Numbered from the stretch's first letter, positions 29,761-43,800 are shown. The stretch: DNA of 64,000 nucleotides from Vicugna vicugna (GCA_013265495.1 MU058584.1:4532508-4596507), one strand, 5' to 3'. The notes: generated by a model not told the origin, from the sequence alone. Numbers and translations are program-made.

Positions 29761-29984
29761 GTACTCCTAATTAAAGTAGAACACATAATAATGTGCTATC
29801 TTAATTATAATAACTTTAACATAACTACCTCAAAATGTCCTCAGATACAGCCATGTAAAGTTGAGAGCATTTAGGGTTTTGAATGAGCTGTATGTATCTT
29901 TACCAGATGAATGCCATAAGCAGCTATGGCAGAGGCATTCAGCATATGGCTGATTTTAAACCCAACTCTTTTTTTCCATTTCAG

Positions 29985-30109
29985 GTCCCCTGAAGTCATG
30001 GGTTGCTGGCTCCTGCTCAGAGTGACGACACCCTGTGGAGTCTGCTGGTACTGGCCCAACCACCACAGAGCCCCACTGGAGCATGGAGCCAGCCTAGAGA
30101 GGGTGTCAG
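29985..30109 (+). other. Candidate poison (premature-stop) cassette exon, 125 nt
   Basis: Branch-like ggctgAt about 30 nt upstream, tract tcttttttttccatttcag|, donor cag|gtagga; in phase 1 reads GPLKSWVAGSCSE* (TGA 30023-30025). Confidence 0.55.
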
Positions 30110-30559
30110 GTAGGAACTGTTTTTTCACTTTATGGCACGGTTTTGCCGATTGGAAAAGAAAAAAGTAATTTTTATACCCCAAAAGGGTATAAAACATTGG
30201 TGAATATATTTTGAAAAAGGGCTTTTCAAAACTGAGCCATATTGGAAAAAATCAGCATTTACTGGGTCCCGCACAAGCAAGCTCTGTACAAGATCACAGT
30301 TCCCCCACAGGTCACGTGTGGCACCTCTCAAATGGATGTGTTTGACCCATGTTTTTAGTGTTTATAACATAAGCAGTTAGTAAATTAGATGCAATGTTGG
30401 CCTAGTTCTGCAATTACTCCTTAACTACTTTGAATGACAGAGCCCTGAGCAAAATGATGATGAGTCTCTTAGAACTTTAAACATGGAAATATGCTCTGTT
30501 TTTTTCAGAACAGCTTCCTAACACTGTTTTTCATTTAATACCATGTTTCTGAAAATCAA

Positions 30560-30810
30560 GGAAGTAATAATAACATTAAATGACCCTTTCCTGTGTGCTG
30601 CCTAAGTAGTTTACATGGATTATCTCATTAAATCTTCATAAGAACAATATGTGGTAGATAGCATAATTATCCCCATTTTATAGGTGGAGAAACTGAGGTT
30701 TAGAGACATTAAATAACTTGCCCATGGTTATAGTATTCACTGAGTGGAAAAGCCAGATTTGAACTCAGGGAACCTGGTTAAAGAGTCCTTGTTTCTTACC
30801 TATTGGACTA
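30560..30810 (-). mobile_element. MIR
   Basis: attatccccattttataggtggagaaactgaggtttagagacattaaataacttgcccatggt...gatttgaactcagg. Confidence 0.8.
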
Positions 30811-33403
30811 TAATTCCATATTTTTCTCCGCACTTGAAAGATGTCCAGGGGCTAAAGAATTTTCTCAAAGCTGTAACACAAATTGTTTTTGAAATATACA
30901 GTAATTATCCATGAGACACCTTGAGCTGAGTACTGAATGAGCTTTTTGTTTAAAGTTTATTTCTACTTTAAAAATAATAATAAACACTCCCAAAAAGCCG
31001 ACCGGCCATATTGGATTTTGTAATAAATTGTCATTGGGCTATATGATCAGATTTTGACTTTGTGATAGTGTTTTCTAGAAGATATTTCACAGAGAGATGG
31101 AGTAGAGTATGCAGACAACTGAAGCAATCAGCAGTGAATTAATACTTGATTTTTTATTATTAGATATTCTGATAATTACCGTGCTAATATTTGCAAGTAT
31201 TCCTGTAAGTTACAAGTTGTGGGTATTGTATTTATGAATATCTAATGATATAAAAACATTTTACTTCAAATGTTTATGTGACAGGAGAATTATCCTTCCA
31301 AAAAACAGTTGCATGGTACCCAAGATTAAAAATAGAATAGAAGCAATGATCAAGAATGATTTCTTCTAAAAACTTGTCTTCAGCATGAGAAGAATGACAA
31401 ATAATTCCTCACATATATGCAATATCTGTGACAGATTGTAAAAAGGAAGCCCTTTTAGTTTAATATTATCTTTGTGTCTTACCCTAAACTTCACTTACAT
31501 TTTAAATATTCCAAGAGTTTGAAAATACATAACTTTGTGGAGATGATAGCATTCTAAATACTTTATCAGTGTGTGTGTATTTTTTTTTTAGAGACTAAAC
31601 TACTTCCTAAATTTTATTTTAAAACTTCTGTAAAATGCACTTTATTTTATAAGCTTTGTATGTTCCATAATATTTATGAAAAAATTAAGTATTTGAATGA
31701 TTGCTTGGAGAACTGATAGTTTTCTGAGGGGTCTTAATTATAAAATGAGGGTGCACAATGAAATGTATAACAAATCCAAAGGGATAAAAATACTTCATAA
31801 GAGACTTTCTAGGAGGATTTTCCAATATTTATTTCACTCTGACTCACATTTTTGTTGTTTTTTTTTAACTTTAAAGAATATAATTTTGTTTTTCTTTAAA
31901 AACCAACTTATCTGTTCTTCAGAGAGAACATAGGTGGGACTATTGTATACTTTCTTTTTTGTGTAATACAGACTTGTTGAACTGAATGTTCTGATTAAGA
32001 GGCAATAAGTAAGAATAAGTAAAAGCTATTATTTAAGTAATAATCCTGCTTTATCGAAATCTAGTACTACAAAAATCTGTGAGCAAACTGATTATCTCAG
32101 AAGGTAGACAACTTAAAATGGATACAAGTAGTCCCAGTAGCAGGATTCAGACTTTTAAATATACAAGTGGAAGCAATCAAGTGGTATAAAATTGCTAAGA
32201 ATCAAGGCTATGTTAGAAAACTCGTAGGTGTTGAGTTAAAAACGTTCTTAACTCAACATATTTACCTTTGGAGGAATAGTGTGCCATTAGGAATAGAAAC
32301 TGGTGACAAGACAAAAGTGCAGAGTTTTTGTTGTATTAACAACATTTGCTAAGAACTAGAGCATAAGATATTATTAGAAACTAAGAATTATTCTTACATT
32401 TAGTGGAGAGCTATGCTTGCCATCCACATTTTCGCCTTTCCGGTAGCTCCACTGAGACTCTGGAACCCAAGCCAGGAAGAGTAGCCGCCTCCTCCTGTTC
32501 CCCAGTGCCTTTCTTAGTTACCAGCTCCCTAGGATGACGAGGAAGGAAGGAGAAGTTTTAGGCCTAAAAATGTTGTGCCTTGTCCCATGTCACATAGCTA
32601 ATTATTGTCAAAACCAGGGTTAGAATCCATTTTATCATGCTGCGTTCTTTTATATCATAGAACCTATCCATCAAGCAAGTTCTTGCACAGAAACTCAGTA
32701 TATCAAAAGAATAAAAATAAAATGCTCTATTTGGAGCCAAGGTAGAAAGCATGAAGCTCAGACCATATGCCTTCTCCTTGCCTCTCTTTGCCTTTTCTCA
32801 CCAGGCACCTAAAGAAACCATCACAGTACAGTTTTAATATGCACAACATACCATAGAATTTTCAAAGTTATCTATGTTTGTGTAATGGTAATTACATCAT
32901 TGAATATTTCTCTTGTAAACCATTTTCTTTGTCTAACGTCTTCACTTGAGCTCCTTTTTCAGCTCAGGATAACATCTAGCAAAAAGTGTAGCAAGCATCT
33001 CATTTCATGCTTTGAATCCTCCAATCCAAAATGAAAGCCATCTTAAGGAGCTGGAGAGGGGGTTTGAGAAGGACCAGGCCATCTTCTGTTTAGTGGAGGA
33101 CATACCCCGTTTTAATTTTACCCACCTTGCACCTTGTGCCTGTGTTAAATGAATTTGATAAAAGGTATTTGCATGAAAGTAGAAGAATATTTTTGTTAGC
33201 TCATTCTCAAAGTGGCTAAATGCTTGCTGGAATAACATTTTAAGCACACGGCCCTGCTTACTCACTGCTTGGGAAACACACCACAGTACTTACTTATATT
33301 CCCTACCCTTATACATCTGTTTCTTACGCTTAGAGATGATCATGACATTGCTGTGCAGTTTTCTGCTGCTTACTTTTAAGTTGAAATCTCATTTTTGTTT
33401 CAG

Positions 33404-33463
33404 ATTCTCCTTCTTCTGTGGTTAACAAACAGCTCGGATCCATGTCACTTGACGAGCAACAGG
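33404..33463 (+). CDS. DCAF6: DCAF6 exon H (60 nt, phase 1-1), probable cassette exon
   Basis: ttgtttcag| ... |gtgcgt; (D)SPSSVVNKQLGSMSLDEQQ; frame-preserving. Confidence 0.88.
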
Positions 33464-34679
33464 GTGCGTGCAACAGGAGATGCGCTATGCCCATCCATCC
33501 ATAGTTTTATTGCAATGCATAAGCCAAGCTCTCTCTCACTTTTTCATAGCATTTCATTTTGGTTATGATCTGATAGTCAGTATTTTGTGGGCTAAATTAC
33601 CTTAGGTGGTATTGTGTACAAAGGGCCTCCTTGGCCTATGCAGATTATTTCCTGTGTAAGCTAATTTCTACCTTTGGTCCTTTATGCCAACTTTGAAATA
33701 TCTTCCTGTAACAATATTATAATGGATATAAAGTAGTCCATTTTTTTTATTCTAGCTATCACAAAATTATGATGTAGAACTGTGGATGTGAGATTAGCAT
33801 ATTACCTAGTGGCTAATTTAGAAGAGGTTATTTAAACATAGAAATGTTCTATATTGCTACATTGCTATAGTAATAATACTTGGTTTTATGTCTCACTTAT
33901 CTGGTGGCTAAAGTCGTGATAGCTTTAACTTGAAGGAATACAGTCACAAATGCAGAGATGATCTCTAAAGCTCCCAATCAGAAGGGAAAATACTTCCACT
34001 CCCACTTGCACTTACTGAAGTAGGAGAGGTACAGAGCTGACCTTGAAGCCGTGAGCAGAGGCTGATGAGACAGATTTGACAAATATTTTCCAAAAAGTTA
34101 AGAAAGAATAACTTAGCGCTAGAGCCATAAGCTTTAGTTGGCTGAAAGTTTACATATGCAGGATGATTCATTTGTCAACAGTATTGGGGAAATGAAATAT
34201 TGCTGAAGTACCTATTTAGTGTGAAATAGATCAAATTTTAACTATTCATCTTGGAGAATTATTCAGAAACTAATTGTGAAGCAAATTAGAAAACTCCTTC
34301 TGTACTTCTGATCTTAAATTATTCTTTATAGGCCTGAGATGATAAGTATTGCTATAGGTTTTTCTGTTCTTGAGAATGAATGAATGAATTGGTAAATGAA
34401 TTTGAGAACTAAGAATTAAGCATGTTTTATCTTTATACATTTATTGTAGCAGTATTAACAGTGAAGAATAATTACTTTAAGGTGCAAAACACAACTGTAG
34501 CATTATATTATAATATATTGTGCTACTGTTTAAAACTACTCTCTAATCAAATCATCTTTTTTTGGTAAGATTATATGAATGTAAATACTACCAGAGAGGT
34601 TGTAGCCAGATTCATATTTTATTTAACCTTACAGGATAATTTCCATAGAATTGTATTGATTATTATATTTAATTTAAGT

Positions 34680-36820
34680 TGGTACTTAATTTACGTAGGG
34701 TATAGGATATGATAGAAAGGGACAAATAAAGGGTAACTCCGAGATTTTTGGCATCAATGCCTGGGTAAATGATGATGTCATGTACTAAGGTAGACTAAGT
34801 TCAGAGGCAGAAATTAAGAGGTTCTTTATTTTTTCGGCCATGTAAAGTAAGCTGTGCCTTTTAGTCATTTAAGTAGAGACGTTATATAAAAGGTCAGCTA
34901 TTGAGTGGGTGTAGCAGAAGCTGGGTGATGATCAGCCATCATCAGCATAATTTTGTAGTAAGTTCTCTGAGCAGAAATGTTCTAGTGATAGTATATCCAG
35001 ATGAATTAAATCCTGAACTTTTACATGTCTTTTTGTTCAGTGGGTTTTTTTAAAGTACTGGAAACTTATACATTCCAGGCTTATATTACCTAAAGATAAC
35101 TTCTACTATAAAAGTTAACAGAAACTTTCCACCACCATCCTGCTCACGTGGACTAACTATGCAATAACCTCTTAACTGGTCTCCTCACATCCACTCAGGC
35201 TATATAGTCTGTTCTCTACCAACATACAGAGTGAACTTTTTAAAATGTAAATCTAATCATGTCATTCATCTGCCTAAAACTTTAAAACTGTGTTTCCCTT
35301 TGCCTTTTGAAATAAATCTAAATCCATACCTTGGCTTGCAGAGTCCATATGACCTGGCCCCTTCCCTCACTCACTAAGCTCTTGCCAGTTAGGCCTTCTT
35401 TCAGTTACTCTAATAATTCTTTCAGAGCTCCTTTCCCTCTCAAATCTCTTATATATGCTATTCTCGCCACCAAAAGTGCTTTTCAGCAGCTTCTACTCAT
35501 CAAATCTCACTTAGATATTATTGCTTTCCCAAAAGTAATATGACATTCTAACCTGAAGTAGTTCTCCCCTCTTTTCCTCATTTTGACCTGCTATTTTCCT
35601 TTGCTGCACTTGTCAAAATTGTAATCAGACATTTGTTTAAGGGATTGTTTGTTTTTTGCCTGACTTTCTCCATATTCTCTAAATTTTTTTTCATTCGCTA
35701 TAATATTTTCAGTGCCTAACACCGTATGTGTTTTCATTAAACAGTAAATATTTGTTGAATGAGTGAGTGAATTGATTCTTTAAGCAGTGGGATGCTATAG
35801 AATTTATTCCATCTTAGGAGAAACATGACCAGATTTATGTCTGAGATCATTTTGGCAGCACTGTAGGTGGTTGATTGGAAGTAAGTAAAATTGAAAACAG
35901 CAAGGCCATGTGAGAAGCTATTGTAGTAGGCCGGGTGAGAGATGATGAGGGATCCAGTCCAAGGTGACAGCAGTGGGAAATGAGAAGAATGGACAGATTT
36001 TCTAAGAGATAGAATTGATAGAACTTTGAGACTGATTAGTTTAAATGAGAAACTGACATCCAGGTGATATCAAGAGATAGGGTTATATAGATAGTCATAT
36101 AGATAATCCCAAGATAGGGATTTCAGGAGAAACAGCTGATTCTAGTGGGGAACAGATACATGAGATTTTCTTGATATGTTGAGTTTGAAGTACCTTTAGA
36201 TACCCAGACGGAGAAATCTCATAGACATTTGGGTGGATATATGATTCTGAAAGTCACCAGAGAAGTCTGAGGTGGAGATTAAAAATTAGGAATCATCAAT
36301 TTACAGGTAACAGTTGAAACTATGAGATTCGATGAGACTGTCTAGGGAAAAGGGATAAAGTGAAAAGAGCAAAGTGTACACCACAAGGAGCAAGCAGAGA
36401 AAAGGATCTGGCTAAGGAGACAGAAAAGGAATGATCAGAGAAATAGACAGGGCAGGAAGAATGCCACATCCAAAGCCAGAGGAAAAGAAAAATTCAGGGA
36501 GGAACTGGTTAGTAGTGCATTGTGGAGCAATGATGCCAGATATGGGAAGAACAGAGAAATGTTTTTGAATTTGGTAGTATGTGGGTTAATGATGGCTTTG
36601 GCACTGCAGTTCCGTGATATGTGGAGGCAGAAGCCAGACAGTGGTGGTTTGAGGAGGAAGATTAAAAAAAAAAAAGAAGTGGAGACATTGGTATGACTCT
36701 TTCAATAGGCTCAGTCAAGGATGAAAATATAAAGGAATGCTAATGCCTGGGAGGGGGTTGTAATTTTAAAACTGTGAGTATGTTTATAGGATAAGACTCT
36801 GTAGAAGAGATTAAAGGTAT
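34680..36820. mobile_element. Cluster of L2 fragments in both orientations
   Basis: Minus ~34680-34950; plus ~35130-35770 ending taaatatttgttgaatgagtgagtgaat; minus ~35780-36820 (gatatgttgagtttgaag). Confidence 0.7.
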
Positions 36821-38966
36821 AGGGGATAGTTGATTCCCCCAGATATGCTATTATTTCAAGTTTTAACCTTTGTTTTCCGTTTTACCCTGTAGAATGGAAA
36901 AAATAGGACATTTAATAAGCTTTTTTTCTGAATAGATTGTTAATGATTATTTTAAGCATATTTTAAATTTCTTTTTCATACTTTTAAAGAGACACTCATG
37001 TATTTTTAAATTGTTAATTCAGCTTTCTACTTTCCTGGCAGTATTCATCTTCCAGGTGTCCAGGCCCTTTTACATGTTGCTTAATATAATTTCCCATAGT
37101 AGTTACAGGTTTCTAGCTTTATTAGGGGGGATTAACAGGATAAAAATTTTTAAGTTATAGTTAACTTGTTTCACTGAAAACATTTTTTTCAGTAATTATA
37201 TATACATTATTGAACTGGTTGCTTGTAATCAGTGTTTTTGCTTATTTATCTTGAATTTTTAACAAAAGCACAACATTTGATAAACAAATAAATTTAGTCT
37301 AAACCTCCAGATCATAAATGCAGCTGCCTGGTTGCCTCGATAGTTTTTATTTTCTTTTATCAAAAAAATTTTTTTAAGAAATAAAATAATAGGGAAACAA
37401 GTGTACAGCATGCACATTGTTTTTATCTTGTTATGAAGTACTTCCCACTGTTCTTCAGATTTAGGGCTCTGTATGCACAGAGTTGTCAAACCCTTCTGTG
37501 CTAATTAGAAATTATTTGAATAGCCACAGTGATACCTGTCATGTTTCATCTGGACAATATATTTTAATGAATTGTGGTTTTCCTTTTATTTATATCTCAG
37601 TATTATAACTACTGTACTGTAAGGGAAAAAATCCTTTTCTGACATGTATTTCTCTTCCTATTACTAAAACCAGTATTTAGACTGGGAATTTCTCCTTATT
37701 TTGTTAAAACAGTAACAACAACAAAAGAAACTTATGATCTTAAGATTAAATTTTGGGGAGGGTGGAAGAAAATAATTTTGCCCGAGTTTTAAATTTTGGT
37801 CATGACTAAAGCAAGTTGCTTTATATTCCTTACATTGATAGTCATTGACTGAAAGTTGATAATGCTGTTAAGTTTGAAACTTAACACCTGTGGGCAGCTG
37901 GGCATCTGTGAGGCACTCATTTTCCATTCTAGATTTAAGGAAATAAAAATGGTAATTTGTAGATTTTAGAAACATAAATGCTAATTATCTACTATATTAT
38001 TTTATATAAGCCAAACCTCTTTTAATGTTAATGAAATGTTGGTACAGAAAGAGACTTGTAGATGATCAGAAACCAGTGAAACAGATTTTAATAATTCTAT
38101 TAGGGTAGATTGGGAATGGAAAAATTGAGCCTATCATGCATTAAGTATTATTCCCTTAAAATTACATCATCACCAAGTTGAAATTTTATTTTAGTAATAT
38201 CATCTTGACAATATTGTATCAAGCAATGTTTTAAATTGCCATTATATGTATTTTGGCAACTCTAGTTTTTATTAAATAAATATCTGATGGTTGAAGCCTA
38301 CTGTATTAATGGGAAGTATAAGTTTGGTATTCATCACATGGAAATACATCTGTAAATACTATGCTTTAAATTCTAGGGAAAAAATTAGTGAAATTAGACT
38401 TCATTCTGGATTTTTCATATTCCTTAGAACTAGTAATCACTAGTATACTTAGGATGAATTAGTTAGTCCCCCTTTGCCCAACTACTTAGTGTAGATTCTT
38501 GCAATTAGTGATGCATTTGAACTTTTGGGAGTTAAACACTACTTAATTTTTATTGCATAAGCTCGCTTGGCTCTCCTCTCCTGTTAACCAGATCAGTATC
38601 TATATTTCCAGTTAAATTGCTTTCTGACTCAAAATTGTCTATGATAAAATAGCTGACATTTATTGATTTTTTTATATGTGAATAGCTGAATGAATTTTAC
38701 ATGTGTTACATTTCATTTGTTGTAATTTAATGAGGTGAATACTATTATGATCCTCATTTTATTGATGAAGAAACCAAGACTCCAAGAAATACGTAAAAAC
38801 AAGTGAAAGAAGGAGGGTGGAGCCATATTTGTATGTCTGTTTCATTAATTCAACTAATATTTAAATGCTTGTTTACGTTGTGGCAAATACTGGGCCCGGC
38901 ACCAGGATGCATGAATGAATGAAGTTAGTGTTCCCTGTTTGTGGAACATAGATTTGATTAACAGTG

Positions 38967-38968
<2 letters not shown>

Positions 38969-39022
<54 letters not shown>
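38969..39022. repeat. (AAT)18 microsatellite
   Basis: Perfect trinucleotide run; explains the poly-N and poly-L ORFs. Confidence 0.95.
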
Positions 39023-39023
<1 letters not shown>

Positions 39024-39029
39024 GATTAA

Positions 39030-39290
39030 CCATTACAACAACACACTTAAATTGCACTTTCTTTGTACTAGACATTACTCTGAGCAGTTTTTATATGTTG
39101 ATTTACTTAATCCGCATCACAACCTTACACAGCAGGTACCATTATTATCCTCATTTTCAGATGAGGAAACGGAGGCGAAGAGAGTTTAAGAAACTTGTCT
39201 AAGGCCACACACTGTATATCTGTGTTAGAAATATGATTCAAATCCAAGCAGCCTGGCTCCAGTGTCTTGTGATCATAATCACTATGCTTT
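39030..39290 (-). mobile_element. MIR
   Basis: attatcctcattttcagatgaggaaacggaggc...aacttgtctaaggccacac...gattcaaatccaagcagcctggctccag. Confidence 0.8.
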
Positions 39291-39299
39291 GCCTCATCT

Positions 39300-40800
39300 A
39301 ACAGTTGATTTAAAAAATGAATATCAGTCTTATGAGTGTTATAAAAGAGGAAGTAAGGTTCAGTGGGGAACATATGAGAGTGAGTGTGTATCTCTTCTGC
39401 TAGGGGGCCTTATAAATAAGGCGTTCCTGAGGATGAGACATTTTAGCTGTCATCTGAAAGTGAGTATGAGTAAGTTAGGTCAAGGAGAAGGGAGTAAAGG
39501 GGAGCATGACCAGCGTGTGCAGAGGCTCTGAGATAATCACATTAGAATGACTAGAAGAATCCCAGTGTGGCTGGAGTGTGCTATAACTTCAAAAGATTGG
39601 TAGAGTCCAGACTGAGAAGGACCTGTTGGGCATTTTAAGGTTCTAGATTTTATTTTAAGAACAATAGGAAGCTAATGAAGGATTTAAAATAGGGAATATG
39701 GCCTGATCTGGCTCGTTCTGAATAGAGTATGGAGAATTGACTAGAGACTTAAGTCATTTAGGAGGTTGTCCTGGAAATAAGGATTTTTAAACTGATGACA
39801 GAAGTAAGGTAAATATGTGAAGAGATTCAAGAAATATTCAGGGTGTAAACAGAATTTGATGATATATAGAATGAGGCAAGGGATTGAAGAGGAGCCCAGA
39901 GTATAAATTGCAGTAACAACTCCACAGTTTCTGTATGAGGATGATTTAGCAATGGCAGTCTGGCTGGAAGGAGCAGGGCCAGAGTGTGTCTTAAACTTGC
40001 TTGTGTATAGTAAATGCAATCTTTTGACTTAGACTTTATACATTTATTCGTGGTGATTTAGGGGAGGTAATGATAGAGATTAGCAGGTGACATTTCTAGT
40101 GCTACAAGGGTAACTCCCTAGTTTTGATTGAGTACAATTGAGTGTATACTTCCTGAAATAGGTAACCCTGGAAGAGGAGTAAGATAGGGGAGAGGATGTG
40201 TAGAAAGAGGTGGAGAGCACAACCTTAGTTTTGAATATGTTGAGTATGAGTTATCTGTGTAAGACATCCAAGTGGGAAAGTCTACTGGGCCGTTGATTGT
40301 ATGGTTATGCTGCTTAGCAGAGATGCCAGAGCTAGAGAGGTTAATTGGAGAGTTCTGTGTGTACAGATGATCATTGACACCAGGAAAGTAGATGAAATCA
40401 ACTAGGACAAAGTTAAAAGTGAGACATCTAAAATGTCAAAAAAAAAAAAAAGTCAGAAAAAATTCCAGAATTAAAGATTTTTCTAGAGGAGTGCTGATAA
40501 GGGAGACAAAGAAGTAACAACTACATAAAGAGGCAGAGGGCAAAGGTAGGACAGTGTGGTGTCAGAGATAAAGAGAAGAGAAATTTTCAGATACAAGAGA
40601 GTTAACTGAGTTAACTGAGTTACTGAGAGGGCAAGTAAATGGGCTCTAAGAAAAAAAAATCTCCACTAAATTAATCAGTCATTAGTGTGAGCAATTTCCC
40701 TGGATTGATAAAGACAGGAAGCAGGTTAAGTAGAAGAAGAAATGGAAATGAGAAGGAAGGAAAGCATTTCAGAGCAAGCAAGGAGGATAGTAACTGAAAG
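39300..40800 (-). mobile_element. Degenerate L2
   Basis: cagtgtggctggagtg, gattttattttaagaacaataggaagc, gttttgaatatgttgagtatgag, gacatccaagtgg. Confidence 0.7.
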
Positions 40801-43800
40801 GGAAGGCGGTCAAAGAGCGTGTGCGCCTAAGCTGTCGACCTCATTTCTTCCATTTTCATCTAGAAGTCACATTTTGTCATGTTAATTAATCTGTTTAATC
40901 AGTATATGACAGACAGGTTTGAATTTTTTTTTTTTTTGAAGGAGACTGTAACTGAGGAAACAGTCAAGGAAAAAGAAATACTGGATGAGAATTTTGGCAG
41001 GGTTTATGTGCCACATAGGGTAGGCGTCTTTACTTAGTGTCTTTTAGTTATTTTCTTCCTGTTTGTTCTCCCTCAAAATGAAAGTGAAATAGGAATAGAA
41101 GACTTTTATGAACAGAGGGTTGTAAGACTAACAGTTCTAAAGTGAGAAAAGCAAGCCGAGTAAGTAACTGCTGCATTTCAACCTATAAATTGAAAATATC
41201 AGAGGGAACATGGAATCAGGCACAGCCTGAATCTTTGTGTATCCTGATCCCATGTTTAAGTTCCATTCACATTTCTATGTTATGTCAAGAAAAAAAGATC
41301 TTTGGTTAAAGTTTTTGCTATTGATACAGAGGTTGAGTTTTGATTGTCAAGAAGGAAACTTGACTAGAATATTATTTCCAAAAGATTATATAGGAGAGAT
41401 TTCTTAGTAAATATCAGTACTAAAGCTGCACTTTGTTTGGTTATGGCTTTCATAAGTAGTTAACTTTTATATAAAGTGAGATTGCGCTAGTTAGAACACT
41501 AGATTTTAGGATAAAACGCCTTATGTCACAGCCACCTACGTGATGGGTGGGTGTTCTTTGTTGAGAATCTACTCCTAGAAACAGTTTCTACACTTCAAAT
41601 CAGAATATACCTCCTTATACAAATAATTGGGAGAACTGGGTATCTGATAGTCTGAGGTTTATAGAAAAATGACAGATTCCTGACCTATAAAAATGGAAAT
41701 TTTACATTGGTCTAGAAACTATACTTAAGAAATTTGCCTTTTCTTCTACGTATGCCAAGTAAGTTACGGTGCAAACCTTGGGCAGACAGTTGAGCTTTAT
41801 CATTGATGTGTCAACATTTTTTCAGAGGATTTTATCATATATTTTGTTTCCTTTTAGATTTGATTTTTACTTTAAACATTTGGCACAATGGAATGAAAAA
41901 TGTTGACAAGTTCGTTATATAACAGAAAATCCCTTGGGTAAAAACTGTGTTACTTCTGTATGATCCGGAGGTTATCTGAGCTACTGGAGGTGATTCATGA
42001 ATGATTATAGAGTTGTAATAGTGACCCAGCAGCAGAGAAAATGTTGGGCATAGTAGTTCTAAACAAACTGCTGTGGCCATATTCTACTTAATTATCTTCG
42101 TTTTGATTACTTTGTTGAAATTTATACATAGGATTGGTATCCAAGGATATCCTAGCTGAAAGTCCAAACATCCATATCTCTAGTTACATGATATACAAAC
42201 CTAGTTACCAAGATAGCATTTTTGTCTACTTTGGTCATTTTTTTTAGAATCACAAATGATTATAATTTCATAGTTGAAATGAACAGATTAAATGGCTTGA
42301 AAACACATGCATTACCAAAAAAAAAAGTTTGTTTATGGTTCTGACTGTGAAAGACTTAGAAGATACATAGTTATATAAAGCTCAGAGAAGTTGCTTTCAA
42401 ATTATATTCCAGCCCAGTCTGAGATTTATTTTTTTTTCTGACCCAGTGCACTAATCTGAAAGGGCTTTTTCTGGGAAGGATTTTTAAAATTTGGTTTCCA
42501 GAATCTCATGTTATTGACTATTCACTTCTACCTCTGAAAAATGAAGTCTTTTACAGTATATTGTCTTGATTTTTATGAGGCTGTTACTATGCTTATGAAA
42601 CGTGTTTTAAATAGGTGGTAGTTTGCTTGGATAGAGACCACTTTTAGCTACTAACATCATCATTTGTTTTTAATAATTATCATTATGACTGTGACTGTGA
42701 AGGGCCATCTAAAAACTTAGCAGTGTTGAACAAGTTAAAAGTGATTTCTTTTTTCCCCACTACACTGCCCTTGTGCTGAATGCACTGCAGATAATTTTAT
42801 TCTTCTGTAGTGTTTTTGAGAAAGAAGAAACAGTTCAACCTCTTAAGTGCCCAGGAAAAAGATCCAGCCTGGATTTCCAATACTCTGATGCCAAACTGAC
42901 AATTTGGGCTACCAGAACTTTTGTCAGTTGTATGAAAGTTGTTGATACGAATTACACATCATTTCTGAGTAATAACAACACCAACAGTTGCTATTTCTTA
43001 ATTAAAATATTTATTTAGGCAGTCTTATTTACTGCTGTGTATTCAAGTTATTTCCAAGACAGTATAGTAAGTAGGAACTTCATATAGAAAGAAACTTAGG
43101 TAACTAGGGAAAAAAAATCTAACTCATTATCAGCTTCATCATCTGTAAAATGGAGATACTAATATGTGCTACAAAGGTTTAACAAAGGACACATGTATAT
43201 CCTCAGACACAGAATTGCTTATTGAATTTTAGTTACTTTGATGGTGCTTTCTGTATAAAGCCACTAGGTTTGGTGAAGTTCTAAACCCTAAAGCTCTTAA
43301 ATTAAAATCTCTCCTTGTTAAGCAAAATATTTCTGTGATATATTTTTGTGCATTATATAAGTAAGACTTTGAATAATGCAGTTTTTTAGAATATGCTTGC
43401 TGAGCTAACTTTGAACACATCGAGCAAGTTAGGGGAAATTAAAATGGTTACAAATATGTTTTTTTCACATGAAGTAATAATAAAAGAAATTTAGTTTTTT
43501 AGTTCTTTGAAGTAGATTTTTGGTAGACCTTTTTATCTTAAAATATGCATTTTGTCAGAAATAAATTGTCAATCTGGTAAGCTAGGGATCTACATTTTCT
43601 GAGAAAATTTGACTTGATAGGTTTTATATGATTGACGAGAGGGAGTATTGAACGAGGAAGGGTAGACTGGAACAGGGGTAAGAAGTGAATTTTAAGCCTT
43701 GGCTATATACTCCCATTACTAGTTCAGTTGAAGAAACTAGGTTCGCGCTGTTCAGTGTCTTCTGCCAGAGACACTGTGTGCGGTCTGGTCTACAAGGAGA

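Noticed and set aside
29926..30168. 80-aa ORF over the candidate poison exon as a coding exon
   Set aside because: Its frame needs a phase-2 upstream exon, but exons F and G end in phase 1, which gives a stop
30237..30245. ccatattgg as a CArG box (also near 31006)
   Set aside because: Only five A/T bases between CC and GG; does not fit the consensus
38854..39202. Poly-Asn and poly-Leu ORFs
   Set aside because: Artefacts of the (AAT)18 repeat and MIR sequence
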